A DNA stretch of 64,000 nucleotides from Gemmatimonadaceae bacterium (lineage in GTDB: Bacteria > Gemmatimonadota > Gemmatimonadetes > Gemmatimonadales > Gemmatimonadaceae): NCBI GenBank assembly GCA_035650335.1, contig DASRHU010000052.1, positions 17,043-81,042 of the forward strand. Direction: 5' to 3'. The notes below the pieces were generated by a model, which searched no databases, had not been told where the DNA came from, and saw only the letters and a program-made list of their open reading frames with translations. Shown in pieces: positions 1 through 8,401 of this stretch; the stretch's first letter is position 1, and each line of letters opens with the position of its first letter. The translations under genes were made by a program, and so were the position numbers.

Positions 1-575
1 TCGAGCAGCACCTCGACGAACACGGTCGCGGTGTGTGGCACGTCCTCGGCCGGCTTGAACACGATCGAGTTTCCGCAGAGGAGCGCCGGGAACATCTTCC
101 ACGTGGGAATCGCGAGCGGAAAGTTGAACGGCGTGATGACGCCGGCGACACCGATGGGACGCCTGAAGCTCATCGCCCACTTGTCGCGCAGCTCGCTCGG
201 TACCGTGTGGCCGAAGAGGCGGCGGCCTTCGCTGGCTGCGTAATAGGCGGTGTCGATTCCCTCCTGGACGTCGCCGCGCGTTTCGGTCAAAGGCTTTCCC
301 ATCTCGCGCGTCATGATGTCGGCGATCTCCTCCTTCCGCTTGGCGAGAAGATCTCCGGCGCGACGAATCACATCGCCGCGCGCCGGTGCCGGCGTTCGCC
401 GCCACCGCTCGAAACCGCGGCGTGCCGAGGCAACGGCCTTGTCGACGTCAGCGCGCCTGGATAGTGGGAACCGGCCGATGAGATCGCTCGTATCGGCCGG
501 ATTGATGTTGTCGAAGTACGCGCCGCCCGATGGCTCGACCCAGGCGCCGGCGATGAAGTTGCGGAAGACCTTCAT
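1..575 (-). CDS. Aldehyde dehydrogenase family protein, N-terminal ~191 aa (rest of the gene lies beyond the window start)
   Basis: Own translation of the minus strand from ATG at 573-575: MKVFRNFIAGAWVEPSGGAYFDNINPAD...GVITPFNFPLAIPTWKMFPALLCGNSIVFKPAEDVP. The FNFP and KPAE segments are typical NAD(P)-ALDH motifs. It is absent from the ORF track because it is open at the window edge. Confidence 0.85.
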   Translation of the reverse strand, partial: MKVFRNFIAGAWVEPSGGAYFDNINPADTSDLIGRFPLSRRADVDKAVASARRGFERWRRTPAPARGDVIRRAGDLLAKRKEEIADIMTREMGKPLTETRGDVQEGIDTAYYAASEGRRLFGHTVPSELRDKWAMSFRRPIGVAGVITPFNFPLAIPTWKMFPALLCGNSIVFKPAEDVPHTATVFVEVLL

Positions 576-600
576 GGAGAAGAAGGATTCGAGTCGAAGG

Positions 601-698
601 CGGAATGCGGAATGCGGAGCGTCATGAGGAGCTGCTCGCGGCGCGACCATTTAGCGCCTGCCGCCAGTTCATCATAATCCTCCGCATTCCGCATTCCG
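601..698. repeat. Palindromic element: perfect 19-bp arms made of CGGAATG heptads (601-619 / 680-698) with a 60-nt spacer
   Basis: cggaatgcggaatgcggag at 601-619 and its exact reverse complement ctccgcattccgcattccg at 680-698. It lies between the stop of ORF 706-1155 and the ALDH start. Confidence 0.9.
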
Positions 699-705
699 AG
701 TTCCG

Positions 706-1155
706 TTATTGGCACTCCCACGCCGCCGGATGCTCCAGCGTCGGCTTGGCGTACCCAATACGCGGGAGAATCTCCTGAGCGGCGAGAAGGCCGCCCCACA
801 ACAGGATGAGCAGCGACAGCACGTGGGCCTTGCCCGCGCGATGCCGCCAGGCCCAGACCGCGCTCCACAGACCCGCTCCCGTCACCACCGCCACGGCGCC
901 GAGATACCCGAGGAGCCCGAATCCGCAACGCGCCTCGTATGGCCAGAAGATAATCCCGATGCCGAGCGCCACCGCGAGAGTCAGCCGCGTGAGCACTCCG
1001 AGGGTGGACGTCCGCCCCTGCTTGTCGACGACCTGCTGCGGCGGGGCCGTCGTTTTCGTTGGGGTCTTCGGGAAGATCTGCTCGTCGGACACCGACTCGA
1101 GCTGCTTGTCGATCTTCGCGAGCTCCTTCTCCCAATCTCGATCCACCATCGTCAC
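706..1155 (-). CDS. Hypothetical membrane protein
   Basis: 149-aa ORF with a hydrophilic N-terminus followed by three hydrophobic segments (LTLAVALGIGIIFW, LLGYLGAVAVVTGAGLW, VLSLLILLWGGLLAA). GC-rich third codon positions. Located 37 nt downstream of the NtrC-type regulator gene. Confidence 0.55.
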   Translation of the reverse strand: MTMVDRDWEKELAKIDKQLESVSDEQIFPKTPTKTTAPPQQVVDKQGRTSTLGVLTRLTLAVALGIGIIFWPYEARCGFGLLGYLGAVAVVTGAGLWSAVWAWRHRAGKAHVLSLLILLWGGLLAAQEILPRIGYAKPTLEHPAAWECQ

Positions 1156-1192
1156 CTCGGCGCGCAGGCTGCCGCGCGTGGTAAGGCATCAG

Positions 1193-2560
1193 TCACGCAT
1201 CCTCTCTCGCTAATCCATAACGTTCGATCTTCTTGTAGAGATTCGACCGCGGCATGTCCAGGATCCGTGCGGTCTCGGACACGTTCCAGTTCGACTCGCG
1301 CAGCTTCGCGAGCAAAAACGCGCGCTCGGCGGCATCCTTGAATTCCTCGAAGGTGCGACACTCCACCAGTGACCCGAGGCTCGTCTGCTCGGTCGCGCGC
1401 TTGCCGACGAGTCGCTCGACGTCCGCCGCGGAGATGCGCGGCCCGGATGAGAGGATGAGCAGGCGCTCGACGGTGTTGCGCAGCTCACGCACGTTGCCGG
1501 GCCAGTCGTATTCGGAGAGCCGCTTGACCGCGTCGTCGGCGAAGGCGCGGGGCGGCATGCCTTCGTGCCTGGTCAGGCGCTCGGTGAAGTGTGCGACGAG
1601 CTGCGGAATGTCCTCGCGCCGATCGCGAAGCAGCGGAACGTTCACCGGGACCACGTTCAACCGGTAGTACAGGTCCTCCCGGAACTTCCCCTCGGCGATC
1701 TCGTGCTCGAGGTCCTTGTTCGTCGCGGCGATCACCCTCACGTCGACGGAGATCGGCTTGCTTCCCCCGATGCGCGTCACGACGCCGTCCTCCAGCACGC
1801 GCAGCACCTTCGCCTGCGCGGCCAGGCTCATGTCGCCGATCTCGTCGAGAAAGAGGGTGCCCCCACTCGCGAGCTCGAACTTTCCCGCGCGATCCTGCAC
1901 CGCTCCCGTGAACGAGCCCTTCATGTGGCCAAACAGCTCGCTCTCGATGAGCTCGCCGGGAATCGCCGCGCAGTTCACCTCGATGAACGGTCCCTGCGCG
2001 CGCGGAGACAGGCGGTGCACCGCGCGCGCGACGAGCTCCTTCCCCGTTCCGTTCTCTCCGGTGATGAGCACGCGTGCCGGTGAGGGCGCGACCTTCTCGA
2101 TCTTGTCGAGCAACGCCTTGATCGCGTAGGAGCGGCCGACGATCTCGTATCGCGACTCGATGGTCTGCTTGAGTCGCGTGTTCTCTTCCGACAGCGACAG
2201 GTGCTCGAGCGCGTTTCGCAGGGTGACGAGAATGCGATCCGTATCGAGCGGCTTTTCGAGAAAGTCGTATGCGCCGAGCTGCGTGGCCTCGACCGCGGTT
2301 TGAATGGTTCCGTGGCCGCTGATCATCACGACGATGGCGTGTGGATCACTCTGCTTCAGGCGCTTCAGCGCCTCGAGCCCGTCGATGCCCGCCATCTTCA
2401 CGTCCATGAAGACCAGCTGCGGGCGGAAGCGATCGTACTCGGTGATGGCGTCCACCGCATTGCCCGCCGTCCTGACCTCGTATCCCTCGTACTCGAGCAG
2501 CTGGCCTAACGCCTGGCGGATTCCCTTTTCGTCATCGACGACGAGGATGCGCCGGGTCAT
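1193..2560 (-). CDS. Sigma-54-dependent Fis-family response regulator (NtrC type)
   Basis: 455 aa. Receiver domain (ILVVDDE..., FMDVKMAGIDG), AAA+ sigma-54 interaction domain (GENGTGKE Walker A, ESELFGH, GSFTGA loop), and a C-terminal Fis-type HTH (NVSETARILDMPRSNLYKKI). Confidence 0.93.
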   Translation of the reverse strand: MTRRILVVDDEKGIRQALGQLLEYEGYEVRTAGNAVDAITEYDRFRPQLVFMDVKMAGIDGLEALKRLKQSDPHAIVVMISGHGTIQTAVEATQLGAYDFLEKPLDTDRILVTLRNALEHLSLSEENTRLKQTIESRYEIVGRSYAIKALLDKIEKVAPSPARVLITGENGTGKELVARAVHRLSPRAQGPFIEVNCAAIPGELIESELFGHMKGSFTGAVQDRAGKFELASGGTLFLDEIGDMSLAAQAKVLRVLEDGVVTRIGGSKPISVDVRVIAATNKDLEHEIAEGKFREDLYYRLNVVPVNVPLLRDRREDIPQLVAHFTERLTRHEGMPPRAFADDAVKRLSEYDWPGNVRELRNTVERLLILSSGPRISAADVERLVGKRATEQTSLGSLVECRTFEEFKDAAERAFLLAKLRESNWNVSETARILDMPRSNLYKKIERYGLAREDA

Positions 2561-3201
2561 CGCGCTGTGGACTTGTAGAGCGTGACGCGCCCTTCGCCGA
2601 TGCGCACGTCGGCGATGTACGTCGGCACCTCGAGGGGGAGACCGTCGTCGGCCAGTCCCGGCGGGCGCGCGCCGCGCGCGACCCGCTGCGTGAGTCGCGG
2701 AATCATGCGCGCCGGCACCGAGAGCTCACGGAGGCGGAGCATCTTCACTCGATATTGCGCGAGGCCGGGTCGAACCAGCTCGAGCGTTCCGCCGAACTCC
2801 ACCGGCTCGCGGTCGCCGAGCATCGCCGCCAGCGGCCCGAGCGCTCCCGCGCCGCCAAAGTCGTTGAGGTCGACGAGTGCGCGCACGTGCAGGCGGTCAC
2901 CGATCACCGCCGCCTCGAGGTTCTGCGCCGAGGGTGGCAACTGCTTCGACAGCTCATCGAAGACGTATGACGCCAGGTCCGCGCCCCGAAGGTTGGCGAA
3001 CACCGCCCCCTGCGGACGAGAGAGCGCCTGCACTGCTCGCCGGGCCCGCTCGGCGCCTTCCGTCGTTAGGGGCTCCCACACCGGGGACGTCGAGACCGTC
3101 TCCGTCGTGCGACCGGGACGCAGGAAGATGTACCAGACGCCCGCGGCCACCAGAGCCAGAGCGAGCAACGCCAAGCAGCCGAGCTTTCGCATACACCCCA
3201 T
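2557..3201 (-). CDS. Hypothetical membrane-anchored protein
   Basis: 214-aa ORF with an N-terminal hydrophobic anchor (LGCLALLALALVAAGVWYIF). Its stop overlaps the regulator start by 4 nt (ATGA). No recognisable family motif. Confidence 0.55.
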   Translation of the reverse strand: MGCMRKLGCLALLALALVAAGVWYIFLRPGRTTETVSTSPVWEPLTTEGAERARRAVQALSRPQGAVFANLRGADLASYVFDELSKQLPPSAQNLEAAVIGDRLHVRALVDLNDFGGAGALGPLAAMLGDREPVEFGGTLELVRPGLAQYRVKMLRLRELSVPARMIPRLTQRVARGARPPGLADDGLPLEVPTYIADVRIGEGRVTLYKSTAR

Positions 3202-3780
3202 TTATGAGACGCCGAGCGGAACGGCGGCGAGGACGGTATAGCGGGGTCCCTGTGACGACAGCTCGCTCCGCATCACGTCGATCGTAGCGGCGTCGACCGA
3301 GCCGCGATAACGGACCGCGCGAGCCAGCGCGGCGACCGAGCGCGCTTCTTCCGCCGTCATGTCCCGTTTGGCGCGCCCGAGTGTGACGTGCGGTCGGAAG
3401 GCGCGAGCGTCCACCTCGTGCCCAAGCGCTTCACAGGCGAGCTCGACGTCGTGGTGCAGCAGCTCGAGCTTCGAGTCACCGGCGATGCCCATCCAGAAGA
3501 TCCTCGGTGACCGCAGATGCGGGAAGGCCCCGACGCCGCCAACGTCGAGCCGCATCGGCTGAAACCGGCGCGCGACCTCGCTGAGCGCGCCGCGGACCGG
3601 TGCCACCGCCTCGGGCGGATGCTCCCCCAGGAACTTCATCGTGAGATGGATGCACTCGGCAGCCACCCACGTGACGCCGCGCGCCGCTGCGCGCAGAGGC
3701 GCCGTCGCCTGATGAATCGCTTGCCGCTCGGATTCGGGGAGATTAATCGCGATGAACAGCCGCACGTCGGTCGGCGTCAT
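3202..3780 (-). CDS. thpR: RNA 2',3'-cyclic phosphodiesterase (2H phosphoesterase, ThpR/LigT family)
   Basis: Two H-x-T/S motifs (HLTMKF and HVTLGR) with the spacing typical of the 2H superfamily, plus an RLFIAI start region. The start is uncertain: ATG at 3780 or GTG at 3765. The 216-aa version in the ORF track is probably too long. Confidence 0.8.
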   Translation of the reverse strand: MTPTDVRLFIAINLPESERQAIHQATAPLRAAARGVTWVAAECIHLTMKFLGEHPPEAVAPVRGALSEVARRFQPMRLDVGGVGAFPHLRSPRIFWMGIAGDSKLELLHHDVELACEALGHEVDARAFRPHVTLGRAKRDMTAEEARSVAALARAVRYRGSVDAATIDVMRSELSSQGPRYTVLAAVPLGVS

Positions 3781-3964
3781 CGATCTCGAGCGCAAGGTGC
3801 GTGAACCCGTTGCGCTCGGCAGCCTCGACGGCGAGAGAGCGACGCGCCTCATCCGCGAGCTCCGGGGCGTCCTCCATTCTCAGAACCGCCAGCGATCCCC
3901 GCACCTCTACGATTCCGTGAAGGCCGATCTCCGCCAACGCCCGCTCGAGGGTTTCGACGTTCAT
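3743..3964 (-). CDS. Small hypothetical protein (73 aa)
   Basis: MNVETLERALAEIGLHGIVEVRGSLAVLRMED... is the C-terminal part of the 287-aa track ORF. Its ATG overlaps the LarE-like stop as ATGA and third codon positions are GC-rich. The 3' end overlaps the thpR start by 23-38 nt. No family recognised. Confidence 0.45.
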   Translation of the reverse strand: MNVETLERALAEIGLHGIVEVRGSLAVLRMEDAPELADEARRSLAVEAAERNGFTHLALEIDDADRRAAVHRD

Positions 3965-4815
3965 GCGGCGTTTACCTCCTGGAATAGGTTCAGCGAGCCC
4001 GACCGGAAGCCGCGCAAATCCACCGCCACGCGCGCGAACCCGGCCGCTCGAACCGCCGCGGTCAGCGTGCGAAGCGCCGCCGGCGCGAGCCAGCGAGAGA
4101 GCATATCGCGCGAGAGCTCGATGCGCGCAAGGTCGCCATGATGGCGTACACGCAAATCCCCTGTGATGCCGAGCTCGCGCAGCGCACGCTCGGCGCTCTC
4201 CACCTGCGCGAGACGCTCCGACGTAACGTGTAAACCGTACTGAATGCGGGACGCGAGGCAGGGCGCGGAGGGCCGCGACCACGTTGGAAGTCCCCGCGCG
4301 CGCGATCGTTCGCGTACGTCGCGTTTGGTCATGCCGACCTCCGCGAGCGGGGAGGCGATGCCGTGCTCGTTCGCCGCACGCATACCCGGGCGATGCCCGC
4401 CGGTGTCGTCGGCATTCGTGCCATCGACGACGACAGCGAGTCCTCGCTCGCGCGCCAGCGGCGCGAGCTTGCCCCACAGCTCGCTCTTGCAGAAGTAGCA
4501 GCGGTTCGACGGATTGGCGACGTACCGCGAATCGCGCATCTCGTCGGTATCGACCTCTTCGACCCGCAGACCGATCCGCGCCGCGATGTCGAGTGCCGCG
4601 AGCCATTGCTCTTCAGGGTACGATGCCGATCGCCCGATCACTCCCAGGACTCGGTCGCGGCCGAGCGCCTCCACGGCCACGCTCGCGAGGTACGCCGAAT
4701 CGACTCCGCCACTGAACCCGAGGAGCACGGATGCGCGCGCGCGAAGCCACGCGAACAGCGCGTTCTCCCTCTCCTCAGCCGTCGTAATCGCCGTCAGCTC
4801 TGCGGGTACGGTCAT
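3961..4815 (-). CDS. PP-loop ATP-utilising enzyme, LarE-like (ATP-dependent sulfur transferase family)
   Basis: 284 aa with the SGGVDS PP-loop (LLGFSGGVDSAYLA), NRCYFCK, and the overall layout of the TIGR00268/LarE family. No larB or larC in the window. Confidence 0.8.
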   Translation of the reverse strand: MTVPAELTAITTAEERENALFAWLRARASVLLGFSGGVDSAYLASVAVEALGRDRVLGVIGRSASYPEEQWLAALDIAARIGLRVEEVDTDEMRDSRYVANPSNRCYFCKSELWGKLAPLARERGLAVVVDGTNADDTGGHRPGMRAANEHGIASPLAEVGMTKRDVRERSRARGLPTWSRPSAPCLASRIQYGLHVTSERLAQVESAERALRELGITGDLRVRHHGDLARIELSRDMLSRWLAPAALRTLTAAVRAAGFARVAVDLRGFRSGSLNLFQEVNAA

Positions 4816-4865
4816 GCTTCAACGTAACCGCGCCCACTGGCGGTTGGGAGGTGCGCCAGCCCCGG

Positions 4866-5366
4866 CTAGCCCAGCCGGGTGCCCGCTTCGTGATCGAGGA
4901 GCCAGCGCTTCCGCTCGATGCCGGCGCCGAAGCCTGTCAGCGACCCGTCAGCACCGATCACACGGTGGCAGGGAACGACGATCATCAACGGATTACGTCC
5001 GTTCGCCGCCCCGACGGCGCGCATCGCTTTCGGGTTGCCGACGCGCCGCGCGAGCTCCGCGTAGCTGATGGTTTCCGCGTAGGGAATCTCCCGAAGCGCG
5101 TCCCACACCCGACGCTGGAATTCCGTTCCGTGCGGGTCGAGCGGCAGGTCGAACCGCGTCAGGCGCGCATCGAAGTACGCCTCGAGTTGTGCACGCGCCT
5201 CGCCGAATATCGGATCAGCATCCGCCGGCACATCGGCCGGCTCGGGGGTGTCGCCGTCGGCGAGAAGCAACTGCGTCAGCGCATGGCCGTTGCTGGTGAG
5301 CGCGAGCATGCCGATCGGGCTGCTGATGCGAGTGCTGAGCGTCGAATCGATCATGGTGACGGTCAT
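4866..5366 (-). CDS. ogt: Methylated-DNA--protein-cysteine methyltransferase
   Basis: 166 aa with the active-site PCHRV motif (IVVPCHRVIG) and the helix-turn-wing region YAELARRVGNPKAMRAVGAANGRNP. Confidence 0.9.
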   Translation of the reverse strand: MTVTMIDSTLSTRISSPIGMLALTSNGHALTQLLLADGDTPEPADVPADADPIFGEARAQLEAYFDARLTRFDLPLDPHGTEFQRRVWDALREIPYAETISYAELARRVGNPKAMRAVGAANGRNPLMIVVPCHRVIGADGSLTGFGAGIERKRWLLDHEAGTRLG

Positions 5367-5530
5367 CTCTGTGCTCCGGATAGCCGCGCGCGAGGGCGGG
5401 CATGGTTTCCAGACGAAGGGTTCAGCTCTGCGAACTCATTATCGACGGGTTGGACGTTATCGCGGTGCGTCGGCGATCGCTCGCCGTTTTCGGACACCGG
5501 CCTGTCGCGGTGTATCGTCCTTTCCCGGCC

Positions 5531-7114
5531 TCATGCGATTGCCAGCGGTGCCTCTCCGCGCTCGTTCTGCTCCGAGCCGCCGAGGCGGAAGCGGAGTGCC
5601 TCGGCGACGTGTGGCGCACGGATCGTCGATTCCCCATCCAGATCAGCGATCGTCCGAGCAACGCGGAGCGTGCGATGATAACCGCGTGCCGTCAGCGCAC
5701 CCTGCTCGGCAGCACGAACAAGGAGACGGTGGCCGTCGTTCGCCAACCCTCCGCGAGCGTCGAGCCAGCGACCGGGCGCGCGGGCGTTGCATTCGACGTT
5801 GGCGAGCGATGAGTACCGTTCGCGTTGACGCAGACGCGCGGCATCGACGCGCCGCCGCACGTCTCGTGAGCATTCAGCGGATCGACCCGCTGAAAGCGCT
5901 CCAACCGCGACGGCGCGCACCTCGACACGAATGTCGATCCGATCGATGAGCGGGCCGGACAGTCGAGCGCGATACCTCGCGATGTCGCCCGCGGCACAGA
6001 TGCATCCACGGCGCGCGTCACCGGCGTAGCCGCACGGGCATGGATTCATGGCGCCCACCAGAAGGAACCGAGCCGGAAAGGTGATCGAATGCGCCGCTCT
6101 CGCGATGACGACGCGCCCATCCTCGAGCGGTTGGCGCAGAGCCTCGAGCACGTGTCTGCGAAACTCGAGCACCTCGTCGAGAAACAGCACGCCGTGGTGC
6201 GCAAGGCTGACCTCGCCAGGCCGCGGCGGATTCCCGCCCCCGATCAACCCCGCGTCGGAGATCGTGTGATGGGGCGCGCGGAACGGGCCCCGCCTGACGA
6301 GCGCGCAGCCCGATGCGAACAAGCCGGCGACCGAGTGGACGGCCGTCACTTGCAATGCCTCGCGCTCGCTGAGCGCCGGGAGAATGCCTGGCAGCCGCCG
6401 GGCGAGCATGGTTTTCCCCGCGCCTGGAGGCCCGGTGAGCAACGCGTTGTGCCCACCAGCCGCGGCGACCTCGAGCGCTCGCTTCGCGGTCTCCTGTCCC
6501 GCCACGTCGCTGAGGTCATCCAACTCCTCCGGGATCGTGATGCGCGGTGGCGATGGTGGCTCGCTCAAGCGGCCCGCCCGGAGCTCAGCGACGAGTGCCG
6601 GAAGCGTGGTCGGTGCGGCGAGCGTGACTCCGCCCACGAGCTCGGCCTCGGACACGTTCGCCGGGGGAACCACGAGCACCCGCAGCCGCGCACGCTTGAC
6701 GAGCATCGCGACCGGGAGCGCCCCGCGGATGGCGCGCAGGGTGCCGTCGAGCCCGAGCTCTCCGATTGCGAGCACGCCCTCGAGCGCCGCCCCCGGCAGC
6801 TGCCCCGTGACGACGAGAATGCCTAACGCGATGGGCAGGTCGAACCCCGTGCCTTCCTTGCGGACATCGGCGGGGGCAAGGTTGACCGTGATGCGTCGCG
6901 GTGGCAGCGTGAAGCCCGCGTTCGCGAGCGCGGCGGCCACTCGCTCGCGGCTTTCCTTCACCGCTCCGGCCGGTAGCCCGACGATCGCGAATTGGGGCAG
7001 CCCCGGGGCCGCATCGACCTCGACGGTGACGGCGTAGGCCTCGATTCCTATCAGGGCGGCAGAGCGGACGGCGGCGAGCACGGCGGGATGATAGGACGCG
7101 ACGGCGGAGGGCAC
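5531..7114 (-). CDS. comM: Mg-chelatase-like AAA+ ATPase, YifB/ComM family
   Basis: 527 aa. N-terminal Lon-protease-like domain (GLPQFAIVGLPAGAVKESRERV), Walker A GPPGAGKTMLA, Walker B VLFLDE, and the MNPCPCGY zinc motif. Confidence 0.9.
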   Translation of the reverse strand: MPSAVASYHPAVLAAVRSAALIGIEAYAVTVEVDAAPGLPQFAIVGLPAGAVKESRERVAAALANAGFTLPPRRITVNLAPADVRKEGTGFDLPIALGILVVTGQLPGAALEGVLAIGELGLDGTLRAIRGALPVAMLVKRARLRVLVVPPANVSEAELVGGVTLAAPTTLPALVAELRAGRLSEPPSPPRITIPEELDDLSDVAGQETAKRALEVAAAGGHNALLTGPPGAGKTMLARRLPGILPALSEREALQVTAVHSVAGLFASGCALVRRGPFRAPHHTISDAGLIGGGNPPRPGEVSLAHHGVLFLDEVLEFRRHVLEALRQPLEDGRVVIARAAHSITFPARFLLVGAMNPCPCGYAGDARRGCICAAGDIARYRARLSGPLIDRIDIRVEVRAVAVGALSAGRSAECSRDVRRRVDAARLRQRERYSSLANVECNARAPGRWLDARGGLANDGHRLLVRAAEQGALTARGYHRTLRVARTIADLDGESTIRAPHVAEALRFRLGGSEQNERGEAPLAIA

Positions 7115-7213
7115 CGCATCCCGGACGCGCGGCCACCACCGTTCGCGCTCCGCGCCGGCAGCCGATAGTTTGGGCGGCGCGCCGCAGTAAACGCCTCCAC
7201 GCGGGAGCCATCC

Positions 7214-7750
7214 ATGAAATGGGTTTGGGTGTCGGTCGCGGTCATCGTCGTGATTGTCGGGGCGGTCACCTTGATCGGCCTGCTACTGCCCCGGGATCAC
7301 GTGGCCAGCACGAGAACGCTCGTCAACGCATCGATCGACAGCGTCTGGAATGCCCTCGTCGACGTCGAGGACTATCCACGGTGGCGCCCGGATGTTCGCG
7401 CGGTCGCCGTGCTTTCGAAGGAGGGCGCGCTGCGGTGGCGCGAGCAGACCAGCGATGGCGACATTACCTTCGAGCGAGTGGAGGAGCAGCCGCCCCGGCG
7501 CCTCGGCGCTCGCATCGCTGACGAGACGCTTCCCTTCGGAGGGACCTGGACGTACGAGCTCGCGCCCGATGCGGAGCGGACCAGTGTGACGATCACCGAG
7601 CGCGGTTACGTGACCAATCCGCTATTCCGCTTCATGGCGCGATTCGTATTCGGGCATCATCGCACGCAGGAGAGCTTCCTCCGGGCCCTGGGTCGCCGCT
7701 TCGGGCACGACGTGACGATCACGAGGGATCCGCACCAGGTCGCTCCGTAA
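7214..7750 (+). CDS. SRPBCC (START/polyketide cyclase-like) family protein with an N-terminal membrane anchor
   Basis: 178 aa. Hydrophobic N-terminus (WVWVSVAVIVVIVGAVTLIGLLL) followed by the SVWNALVDVEDYPRWRPD signature typical of the SRPBCC fold. Confidence 0.75.
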   Translation: MKWVWVSVAVIVVIVGAVTLIGLLLPRDHVASTRTLVNASIDSVWNALVDVEDYPRWRPDVRAVAVLSKEGALRWREQTSDGDITFERVEEQPPRRLGARIADETLPFGGTWTYELAPDAERTSVTITERGYVTNPLFRFMARFVFGHHRTQESFLRALGRRFGHDVTITRDPHQVAP

Positions 7751-8186
7751 GCCCCGACCCGGCCGGGTTCGCGCTCCGCACCTCGATCGGAATCGCCACG
7801 TCACGGTCGAGCGCGAGTGGTATCATCCACCGCAGATTGTCGAGGACGTTGAAGGGCAGCGCACCCACGTTCGCGAGAAACACTTCCTGATCCTCGGCCG
7901 TGCGCGCCTGCCGCGCGATATCATTGAACGCGCGGACGGCCCGGAGGCGGTACTCGGGATCGCGCCACACGAGGAACTCCTCCCACCCCTCCACATCGAC
8001 ACCGGCCTCCTCGCGGACCTCGCGCCGCGCCGCATCGACGAGGCCCTCGCCGGCATCGAGCTTTCCGCCTAACGCGTTGACGCGTCCGGCCTGCCACGCT
8101 GGACGCGTCTTGCGAACGAGGACGACCTCGCGCCCATCCGCCGTGAAGAGCAGGGCGAGCACGTACTCGAGCTTTCGTTTGTCCAT
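7719..8186 (-). CDS. NUDIX hydrolase
   Basis: Nudix box GGKLDAGEGLVDAARREVREEAGV. The start is taken at the internal Met (MDKRKLEYV), and the 194-aa track ORF may over-extend. The 3' end overlaps the convergent SRPBCC gene by about 32 nt. Confidence 0.8.
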   Translation of the reverse strand: MDKRKLEYVLALLFTADGREVVLVRKTRPAWQAGRVNALGGKLDAGEGLVDAARREVREEAGVDVEGWEEFLVWRDPEYRLRAVRAFNDIARQARTAEDQEVFLANVGALPFNVLDNLRWMIPLALDRDVAIPIEVRSANPAGSGLTERPGADPS

Positions 8187-8401
8187 GCGTTCCGAGCTTG
8201 TGGGTGGCACGGAATCAGCCAACGAGTGAACTGCGTCGGAGTTTCCGAGTGCAGGCTCAACGCGCCGATGTACCCGCAGCTTTGTTGTTTTCTCTGCGGC
8301 CATTGGACGAGGGGACAGGCTTTCCTCCCGAGCAGCACTCCGTCCTGTTGCGGCCCTCTGCGGTTACATGCCGCGGCACTCACTGACTCGGACGCAGTTC
8401 A

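Noticed and set aside
620-679. 17-codon mini-ORF (MMNWRQALNGRAASSSS) in the spacer of the first palindromic element
   Set aside because: It is too short, has no SD, and has no counterpart in the spacers of the other elements. It is probably fortuitous.
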